A stretch of DNA of 64,000 bases. Origin: Candidatus Latescibacterota bacterium. GTDB lineage: Bacteria; Latescibacterota; UBA2968; UBA8231. The stretch spans positions 5,280,001 to 5,344,000 of the forward strand of contig OZ242005.1 of NCBI GenBank assembly GCA_965204725.1, given 5' to 3'. Both the position numbers and the translations under genes were made by a program. Shown in pieces: positions 9,501 to 17,318 of the stretch (position 1 is the first letter of the stretch; each line of letters begins with the position of its first letter). Below the pieces are notes generated by a model that ran no database searches, was not told the DNA's origin, and was given only the letters and a program-made list of their open reading frames with translations.

Positions 9501-10729
9501 TTAGTATACTAGGGAAGTCACGGCCTGCCGCTGGGTCGTTCCCTGATCGGTCTCCACCCGCAAGCTGACCACGTACAACCCCGGCGGCAACAACGCACCA
9601 CGCGCATCCCGGCCATCCCATACCCCCACATACCGACCGCTGCCCAACCAAGACGAATCCACCAAACCCACCCGACGACCCGACACGTCATACACCCAAC
9701 ACACCAACGACGACAAACCCGAAAGATTCAACACGTCGCAGCCGATGGCAACTTCGTCGTTGATCCCATCGCCGTTGGGACTGAACACCCCCGGCTCCAC
9801 CGACAACGAACCCAAAGGACCCGTGCCCAACCCGGTCAAATCCACTCGCAGCCCCGCACTCGAAGGCTCCTCATCCGCATCGCCCCCAGCCAACGCCTGC
9901 GGCACCTCGTGCGGATACGCGCTGTTGAAGACCCGACCCGTAAACACCGTGCCAAACTGGAACACCGACGCTTGGAAATCCACTTCAAGCACCTCGTCGG
10001 TGCGCTGGGCATCCATTCGCGGCACGGCCAGCACCACGCCGTTGGCGTCTTGTTGGAGCACCTCAAAGGCCACTGGCTGCCCCGACAGACGCACCGCATC
10101 CACCCGCTCTACTCGCGCCGGCGTGTCAATAGCTAATCGGTCAAAGCCCAAGTCGCCACTCGCCATCGACGCCTTGACCTTGTAGGTGAACGCCGCCGCC
10201 GCGCCCGGCGCCACCACCGAGGGCACGATCTCGGCGACCGCTTGTTGCGCCACTGGCGGGATCGACACCGCCAACATCACCCAATCGAGCCGCCCACTGG
10301 CGCGCTGCTCAGAGGTAAAGTCGGCGCGCACCTGCACAAACTGGCGCGGTCCCGCCCCAGCGATGGCCCCTTCGCCCGCGGCAAACGCTTGGGCGGTGCT
10401 CCAGAACGTCCACGCCGCCGTGTCGTGGGTAATACCCGCCTGCGCCCCCCGCGCCAGCTTGTTGTACGACGCCAAACTCAAGGGACGGCCCCGCTCGTCG
10501 AAGCGGGTGCGCTCGCCGCCGCGAAAGGTGTAGCGCCAGTACGTGTTCGGATCGGCGTCGTGGCCGCTGCGCGTGCTCAACGCCAGCGTCGCCCCCTCGT
10601 CCTGCTGACCCGCCCACGTCAGGCGACCGAGGCTGGCGGGTGCGCCCAAGTCGATCACATTCGACACATAACTGGCAAACGGAGCAAAGCCGCGACCGTA
10701 AATCTCCAACTCCGCAATCTCCCAAATAC
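9501..10729. repeat. ~1.23 kb near-identical direct repeat, copy 2
   Basis: Matches 5629..6857; identity ends at the IWEIAELEIYG codons. Confidence 0.92.
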
Positions 10730-11426
10730 CCCGCGTGTTCTCGGGTGCTTCAAATAGCAACTGCTGCACCGGCACGGCCGGCAAGGGCATATCAATGACG
10801 GACTCGACGTTCTCAAAGACATCGTACGAAAGATCAAAGTCAAAGAAGCTCCCCCGAATGCCCTGCGTGAATTCCCGCGTGCCCTTCTTGAGCGGATCGC
10901 CGTCGCTGATGCCGACGATGAAACGCTGCACAAACCGGTCGGCCAAAAATCGCTCGCGGGGGAAGAAGCGAATGCGCTCGAGGAAAAAGCGGCCCCCAAA
11001 GTCGAAAATCAGGGATTTCTGGCGAATGACGCCGTAATCCCCGCCCCAATCGCCATCGCCCAACAGCGCCGTCGTGGCGTCGCCATCGAACATGGCCAAG
11101 TCGTTGCCGCTAGCCGGCCCCCAGCCGATCCAACTCAGAGACAGCACTTGGCCGCCGCGTTCTTCGAGCATCGGCACTAGGTTGACCGTCGGATCCAAGC
11201 GCAGCGGCTCGACAAAGTTAGTATCTATTTGTACCAGTTCGGCCAAGCCGTGCCTTTTGGGGTCCACTTCGGCCCAGGACAACTGCACGAACTCGTAGGG
11301 GACCTCCAAGTCGGGCGGCGGCAGATCGGCCCCGCCGAGGCGAATTACGGTCAGGGCGGCAACAGAAGTTGGCCCACCCCAAAAACACCATCCCAATGCG
11401 AGGAGAATCCCAATGCGTTGTAGCAT
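9501..11426 (-). CDS. Secreted discoidin-like + FlgD-Ig CTD protein (LTIYRIGG subfamily)
   Basis: Start moved to MLQRIGILLAL (11426) because the ORF-track start lies inside the upstream terminator; ends TSLVY. Confidence 0.8.
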   Translation of the reverse strand: MLQRIGILLALGWCFWGGPTSVAALTVIRLGGADLPPPDLEVPYEFVQLSWAEVDPKRHGLAELVQIDTNFVEPLRLDPTVNLVPMLEERGGQVLSLSWIGWGPASGNDLAMFDGDATTALLGDGDWGGDYGVIRQKSLIFDFGGRFFLERIRFFPRERFLADRFVQRFIVGISDGDPLKKGTREFTQGIRGSFFDFDLSYDVFENVESVIDMPLPAVPVQQLLFEAPENTRGIWEIAELEIYGRGFAPFASYVSNVIDLGAPASLGRLTWAGQQDEGATLALSTRSGHDADPNTYWRYTFRGGERTRFDERGRPLSLASYNKLARGAQAGITHDTAAWTFWSTAQAFAAGEGAIAGAGPRQFVQVRADFTSEQRASGRLDWVMLAVSIPPVAQQAVAEIVPSVVAPGAAAAFTYKVKASMASGDLGFDRLAIDTPARVERVDAVRLSGQPVAFEVLQQDANGVVLAVPRMDAQRTDEVLEVDFQASVFQFGTVFTGRVFNSAYPHEVPQALAGGDADEEPSSAGLRVDLTGLGTGPLGSLSVEPGVFSPNGDGINDEVAIGCDVLNLSGLSSLVCWVYDVSGRRVGLVDSSWLGSGRYVGVWDGRDARGALLPPGLYVVSLRVETDQGTTQRQAVTSLVY

Positions 11427-11465
11427 AACGGCCTTGTGATTGGACTGAGGGGGCAAAAATATGAC

Positions 11466-11504
11466 AAAAAAGGACGGGTAGATCAACGAAGACCTACCCG
11501 TCCT
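11466..11504 (-). terminator. Rho-independent terminator of 11537..12505
   Basis: 11-bp stem AGGACGGGTAG/CTACCCGTCCT with an adjacent A-run on the + strand (U-tract on minus). Confidence 0.8.
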
Positions 11505-11536
11505 AAACTACGGATTTGCTGCTTTAAGCGGGTGGC

Positions 11537-12505
11537 TTATCGACCGACCGAAGCCTTGATATGGCCCCAGCTATCGTTCTCGACCGAAGTATCCGGCGCG
11601 TAATTTGCGAGCGCGTCTGCGTCGAGCGGCAGCAAGACAAAGTCGGAAAACGAACTGGCGTTGCCAAAGATGTCGGACTGGCCGCCCAACGTCCACTTGG
11701 CCGTCCACGGGTTTCTGTCTTCGGCGTCTTCCGGGCCGTTGTCGTTATCGACGACCTGCAAACCAGCGCCGACAATTTCCAACTCGACGAAGTCGTGCTG
11801 TTCGCTCAGCTCGGGACCCTGCCAGTTGAAATCGTCCCAGCCAATGGTGTACCACTCGGCTTGGAAATTGGCCTCCGCGCCGTGGACGCCGTCGAGGTTG
11901 AAGGAGTCGCTGCAGCACTGGTACGGCTCGTCGCCGTGCCAAGTCGAGCTGGACATCCAAAACCAGCTCCAGCCATTGGGATCGCTCCCAGACGTAATGG
12001 GCGGCCAGCGGTAATGCGAGGTCTGGGTCTGGCCGCCGGTGAAGAGCTTATTCTCTTCTTCGGTCAGGTCGCCAGCAATGCCCGCGCCGCCAGCGTGGAA
12101 CCAGCCACCGGAGTGGTCGGAGTCTAGGCCGATCTCAATCGAGTCGTCTTGGCCGCAGCAGCCAATGCCGCCGGCATCGCGATCCCAAACGTCATCAAAG
12201 CGGTCGAAGACATAGTAGATGCGATCCAATTCGTCGTTCCAGCCCATGGCAAAACGAAAGAACAGATTGGAGCGGTCTTTTTCGCGCCCGACATCGCCTT
12301 CGCCGACGATAATATCGGGATCGTCACTGTCGAGCCACACCTCGGCTGGCAGAATGTCCCACTCGGAGATGTCGCCATCGAGGACGGGCAGTTTGTCGGT
12401 CGGCCACTGGAAGGCACCAAAGACCCTTCCTTCGGGAATGTGGGCGAAGGCGGATGAACTCACCAAGCCCATAATAGCAGCCAACGCCGCAATTTTCTTG
12501 CTCAT
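11537..12505 (-). CDS. Secreted CBM9/DOMON-like protein (His-x-Pro family, copy 2) with C-terminal TSVENDSWGHIK tail
   Basis: Start MSKKIAALAA with AGGGGG RBS; ...SAFA|HIPEG; PVLDGDISEW; DSIEIGLDSDH; two Cys-Cys pairs. Confidence 0.75.
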   Translation of the reverse strand: MSKKIAALAAIMGLVSSSAFAHIPEGRVFGAFQWPTDKLPVLDGDISEWDILPAEVWLDSDDPDIIVGEGDVGREKDRSNLFFRFAMGWNDELDRIYYVFDRFDDVWDRDAGGIGCCGQDDSIEIGLDSDHSGGWFHAGGAGIAGDLTEEENKLFTGGQTQTSHYRWPPITSGSDPNGWSWFWMSSSTWHGDEPYQCCSDSFNLDGVHGAEANFQAEWYTIGWDDFNWQGPELSEQHDFVELEIVGAGLQVVDNDNGPEDAEDRNPWTAKWTLGGQSDIFGNASSFSDFVLLPLDADALANYAPDTSVENDSWGHIKASVGR

Positions 12506-12592
12506 GCTACAACCCCCTATGTTGGTTGAATGAGAAATGAGTGATGAAAAACGCCCCACAACTACAAAACGCATGAGGCGAAAGATTTTCAA

Positions 12593-12620
12593 AGAATGAA
12601 TGAAATACCTCTTTTGTCAA
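12593..12620 (-). promoter_or_regulatory. Putative sigma70 promoter for 11537..12505
   Basis: Perfect TTGACA, 16 bp spacer, weak -10 (CATTCT) in an AT-rich intergenic region. Confidence 0.4.
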
Positions 12621-12634
12621 GTATTTTCTCTTGC

Positions 12635-14370
12635 TCAGGAATCGCCTTTGAGCGGCGTTCCGGTGGCCCAAGGCATGGCACTAAGGCTCAAATCCTTCCG
12701 TTGCGCGGCGGCCTGCAAGTCGCGCGCCCGAGTCCAGTGCCTCTTTGCGAGGGGCTGATTGCCCATCTTTTGGTAGGTCTGGGCGAGGGCCAAGTGGGCG
12801 CGGTCGTAGCTTGCGTCTAAGGACACCGCGTTCTCAAACGCGCCAATGGCCTCCCCGAGCCGTTCCATTTTCGCGTATTCCACCCCCAGATTGAAATGGG
12901 CTTGCGCCAACTCGGGATCGAGCGCGATGGCCCGTTGGTGCAGGCAATGGCCGCCTTCAAATCGCCTTTGCGCGAATGGGCGATCCCCAAGTGTGTATAG
13001 GCTTGGGCATAGGTAGAATCCGCGCCAATGGCCTGTTGGTGGGCGGCGATGCCGCGGTCGAAATCCCCTTGGCGGCTATAGGCGATCCCCAAGTCGTCGT
13101 GGGCTTTGGCCACGCTCGGCGCCAACTCGGACAAGTATTCCTTGGCATGGACGTCCGACAGCGCATACCGAGCGTCGCTCCAAGCCAAGAAGAGGATGGG
13201 CACCCCGAAGTACAGCACCTGCTTGCCGGTCTCAAACCCGTAGGAGAGCACCGGCCACTGCGCCCGCGCATGCTGCCAGCGCGTCACCAGCGCGGTCCAG
13301 CTGCGGCGCGGTAGAGCCTCCTCGGCGGAATCGTCCTCTATCAAATTCCGTCGGATCTCTTTCTTGCCGACCTTCCACATGAATCCATCGTAGTAGTAGT
13401 GCATAAAGGCCGAGGTGGCGATGAGCACCTTGACTATATCGTAGATCAGAAAATTCTGGGTCGCCCGCGCAAGGGCCTCGATGCCGCCATACGCCAATAT
13501 CAGCACTAGATAGAACAGGACGATCCGCAAGCGTCCATCGGCGAACAGGAAGCGGAAGAAGGACCGCCCCAAGTCGCGCGAACGCCTGAGCACCCCGTGA
13601 TTGTAGATCCACACGATGGCGAAGTACTGAATGTCGTGGGCCAGCGCGGTGATCGCGTAGCCCAAGATGACGTCTTCAAGCACGATGTACGCGCAATAGA
13701 CCGTGGCGAACGTAGTCGCCGAAATCGCCAGCTTGGGCCAGACGATGGGCGCGCCGCGCCGCCTTTCGACGACCATGTTGCCCACGTAGATCACCGACAA
13801 GGCCAGCGCCAAGTACAACATAGCATCCCGCAGCAAAAAGACGTATTCGGGCTTGATATAGGTGTACAGCCCAAAGCCATAGCGATGGCAGCGCTCTAAA
13901 AAATTGATCAGATAGTGGGGGCTAGCCGCTATCACGTAGCCGAACCAGACGGCCGTCAGCCACCAGTCCAGCCGCGCACTCAACGGCGAGGGCCGGCGTC
14001 GCTTGACCTCGTAGATCCGCATGAAGCCGTAGTGCTGCATGAAGAAGTGCCACATGTCCCACAGAGCCAAGAAAATGAAAAACCCGAGGTGGCCGTTGAA
14101 CACGCTCCAACTGACAAAGGCGACTATTACCAGCGGAGCGACGATGAAGCGGGCCTTGTAGCGGCCAAATAGCTCCCGCTCGCCATAGGCGCGCATGAGT
14201 CCGGGCAGGTGGTGCCCCACCGCGAAAAAGGCCAGCACAAACAGGGCAATGTCGGCCGAGGTGAAGTAGTTGGCGGCGAGCAGCAGCGCCGCCAGTGAGA
14301 TCAGGGGGGTGCCAATGAAAAACAGGAAATCCCAGTGGCGGCTAATGATCCAGCCCTGCGGAGTCGTCAT
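12635..14370 (-). CDS. His-rich polytopic membrane protein with C-terminal TPRs; single-base frameshift near 12943
   Basis: TM helices with GHHLPG, WHFFMQHYG, HDIQY and MHYYYDG; TPR repeats continue in ORF 12635..12910. Adding one C (GCC TG to GCC CTG) restores IALHQRAIALDPELAQAHFNLG. Confidence 0.7.
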
Positions 14371-14381
14371 CGCTCCCCGCC

Positions 14382-17318
14382 CTACAATCCGGCAAAGACC
14401 GAAAGGAACACGAGGCCCGAGGTCTTCCGCTCCGCATCTCCGCCCTTAATCTCCAGCGAGCGCCGATCAAACCGCACCCCCACCTGAGTCGTCAGGTCGT
14501 ACCCGGCATAGGCGCGCGTGCTCGTCAGTTGGCAGGCCAACACCGTGCCGCGAAAATCGCCGGTCCGCTCTTGGGCCGCCAGTGGCCCTTCGTCGGTTTC
14601 GAGGTCGTAGAAGTAGCGTCCTTCAATGCCTACCTGCACCTGAGAGCTGTGGAGAATCGGGAAATTCGCCAGCACCATGTAGAGCAGGTCGTAGCTGCGT
14701 TCCCGCAACGCACTGCGGCTGAAGGGCACGCGGCGCGTAAATTCGCTCTTAATGCGCGGGGAAATGGCGACGGACTTCCACGAGAACGAATAGGAGACCT
14801 TGTCGATCAACCCGACAAAACTCGACATCTCGCGGCCATTGCGGCCCGCAGGGCCCAAGGGATCGAAGGCCACCACCGGCCCACCCGCGTCGTCCAAGAG
14901 CACCCGGCCCTGCTCGTCCCGGGCTAATACCGCCTCGGCCTCGCGCTGCTTCCACACCTCCATTTTGAAGCGGTGGCGGGTGCTCCAGCCGCTGGGGTTG
15001 TCGTACTCCCAGTCCGAGTAGAACGTGTTGATCCACGTATTTTCAGCGGCCAGCAGGTCGGGCACGGGCACATTGCTGCCCGCTGTCTCGCTGAATTGGC
15101 CGAACTCGGCGCGCGGCACGATCCACTGCACGAGGGGATCCTCGATATTGTCCTCGGCCCGCCGCACCATGTCGAAGAGCCGCCAGCGGCCCAGCGTGGG
15201 GTGGGTCTTGGTCAGGGTAAAGATCCCGTAGAAGGTATCGTTGTCGCGGGCGGCTTGGCGCATGGCTTGGCGCAGGCGGCCGACTGTGAGCCGAATTTCG
15301 GGATTGACTTGGACGCTGGTGTAAAAATTGTACCCCCAGTGGTCTTTCTTGTAGGGATAATCGGGCTCGTCGTCGTTTTCAAAGCGATCGACCCAGCCGT
15401 TGTTGTTCAAATCAATGCCAAAGAGAAACTCGGGCCGGTCCACCTCGTAGCGCAGAAAAGGCTCTTCGTAGTCCGGGAAAAAGTTCTGCCGCTCGCCGTT
15501 GCTGTTTTGGTTGAAGTCGGAAAGAAAGTCGCCGTTTTCGTCGTACCCGGGAAAAACCGCTGGATCGGCCACGCCGTTGGCCCGCACCCGAAACGTCTGC
15601 CCGGGAATGGGAATCAAGCTGCCCTGAAAGCGGCGCAACTGATCGGGATGCCGGTCGTTGTCGTCGTTGTCATCGACAAAGTCATAAGACTGGATGATGG
15701 CTTCGGGCGAATAGTCAACCAAGCCACGGCCATCCACGGGCCGCACGTTGGTGCTGTATCCGTCGTCCATCCCAAAGCCTTCGAGAAAAAATCGCCACGG
15801 ACCAAAAGCCCGCGCCACGTTGACCATGTAGGCCACGTCGTGCCGGTCGCCGACCGTGCCGGCAATGGCCTCGTGCTTCTTTAGGGTCGTCGTGGGGTAC
15901 TTGCGATACCGGGTGCTGACGTTGAACTCGCCGTAGAAGTCGAACCCGTACCAATCGCGCATCTCAGCGGTGAAGCCGTATATCTGGCTCGCGGTGGGCA
16001 GCCCGTAGTCAAAGGCCACCTCTTGCTGATTGAGGCGGTTTTTGATGTTGCCGGCCGCGCGCGCCACCTGAAGAAATTGCGGCTGATCTACCGGATTGGT
16101 CTGCCGGTCGGACGCGACTTCCACCCGGTAATCGTTGGCCAGAATGAGTCGAAACCGCACCTTCTTGATCGCGGTCACCGCATCCTCGGCCTCGGCCGAG
16201 CTCAGCCCCAAGCTCTGCTGCAATAGCAGGCGCAAGGTCCCTACTTCGTCTTCCCCGTCTTCGACCGCCAGCGGGTATTTGAGCGTTATGCGCTCCGGGC
16301 CATCGGCGGTGAGGAAGCCGTCGCGCACCTTGCCCCCTTCTCGCAACGGGCGGTAGCCTATGCTGCTGCCAGTGATGACCGTATCCCTCGGCACCAAAGC
16401 CACGCTGTCGCCGGCCGCCACCTCGCGCATCAAAGTCGTTGTGATCTCCACATCGTCGCTGAAGAGCACGGCCCCGCCCTCGCCGTCTTCGGGCGAATCG
16501 TCGGACAGCCGCACGACGAGCAATTCGAGCCGCCGGTCCAACTGGCCCGAGGTCAGCAAACCCGTAAAGGGGCTTTCCTGAAAGCTCTCCAAGGCCCCGT
16601 TGTTGCTGTGGGAATTGATAAAGGTCGTGCCCAAAGTCAAGTGATCGCCGACATCGGCCTCAAAGCGCAGGGCGGATAAATTGGTCGCGTTTTCTAGCTG
16701 CCGAGTCGGAAAATCTGGGCTGATGTCGATGATTGGCGACGAGATCCGCGAAAACAACCCGGTCCCCCGCAAGCGCTGGCTGGCCAAGCTAAGCACCACG
16801 CCATTGAAGCCGGTCTTGCGAAAAGTCAGGGGCGTGAGCGTCGTAAAAAGCTCGTCCCCGACCACGATCGAATAGCTGTAATCGCCGCTGGTATCCGAGG
16901 AGATGATGAGGCGGTTGAACCAGCTTAGGTACTCGCCGCGTTTGGTGACCTGATTGCTGGCGCTGGTCAGCGGTTGGGTTTGCCGCCAATCGTAGATGAG
17001 CCAGCCGCGGGTGATCAAATCGCCGTAGGGATCGTAAAAGTAGAACCCCTCTTGGCTGCGCGACACGTAGCGGAGAAAAGGCTCGCGCGCATAGTTGGTG
17101 TACTGCCACTGGCGGCGGCCGTACTCGGTAAACAGCTCCTGCGGCAAGTACCAGCGCTGAATGGTTGGGTCCAGCGCGTCGATCAGCACCGACCGGCCCG
17201 CGGCCGAGAACACGCGGCGTTCGTCGGCTCGGTGGCCGAGGCGATTGCCGTAGTCGATCTGGGCATGGACCGCACAGGCGCACAGGAGCAGCACCCATTT
17301 CGCTCGCAACGCGCCCAT
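14382..17318 (-). CDS. Large predicted outer-membrane beta-barrel protein of unknown family, copy 1
   Basis: Signal peptide VHA|QIDYGNRLG; many amphipathic beta-strands; acidic DDNDDNDRHPD/DENGDFLSD/DLNNNG loops; terminal strand LVFLSVFAGL; TAATG coupling to the upstream paralog. Confidence 0.7.
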   Translation of the reverse strand: MGALRAKWVLLLCACAVHAQIDYGNRLGHRADERRVFSAAGRSVLIDALDPTIQRWYLPQELFTEYGRRQWQYTNYAREPFLRYVSRSQEGFYFYDPYGDLITRGWLIYDWRQTQPLTSASNQVTKRGEYLSWFNRLIISSDTSGDYSYSIVVGDELFTTLTPLTFRKTGFNGVVLSLASQRLRGTGLFSRISSPIIDISPDFPTRQLENATNLSALRFEADVGDHLTLGTTFINSHSNNGALESFQESPFTGLLTSGQLDRRLELLVVRLSDDSPEDGEGGAVLFSDDVEITTTLMREVAAGDSVALVPRDTVITGSSIGYRPLREGGKVRDGFLTADGPERITLKYPLAVEDGEDEVGTLRLLLQQSLGLSSAEAEDAVTAIKKVRFRLILANDYRVEVASDRQTNPVDQPQFLQVARAAGNIKNRLNQQEVAFDYGLPTASQIYGFTAEMRDWYGFDFYGEFNVSTRYRKYPTTTLKKHEAIAGTVGDRHDVAYMVNVARAFGPWRFFLEGFGMDDGYSTNVRPVDGRGLVDYSPEAIIQSYDFVDDNDDNDRHPDQLRRFQGSLIPIPGQTFRVRANGVADPAVFPGYDENGDFLSDFNQNSNGERQNFFPDYEEPFLRYEVDRPEFLFGIDLNNNGWVDRFENDDEPDYPYKKDHWGYNFYTSVQVNPEIRLTVGRLRQAMRQAARDNDTFYGIFTLTKTHPTLGRWRLFDMVRRAEDNIEDPLVQWIVPRAEFGQFSETAGSNVPVPDLLAAENTWINTFYSDWEYDNPSGWSTRHRFKMEVWKQREAEAVLARDEQGRVLLDDAGGPVVAFDPLGPAGRNGREMSSFVGLIDKVSYSFSWKSVAISPRIKSEFTRRVPFSRSALRERSYDLLYMVLANFPILHSSQVQVGIEGRYFYDLETDEGPLAAQERTGDFRGTVLACQLTSTRAYAGYDLTTQVGVRFDRRSLEIKGGDAERKTSGLVFLSVFAGL

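Noticed and set aside
5629-10729. Diversity-generating retroelement TR/VR pair
   Set aside because: Both copies are inside intact CDSs, the repeat is too long (1.2 kb), differences look mostly synonymous and not adenine-specific, and no reverse transcriptase is in the window.
12935-12950. Programmed frameshift or true pseudogene in the membrane-TPR gene
   Set aside because: One missing base in a short C-run restores a clean TPR with no other decay; more likely a homopolymer sequencing error. Needs a read check.
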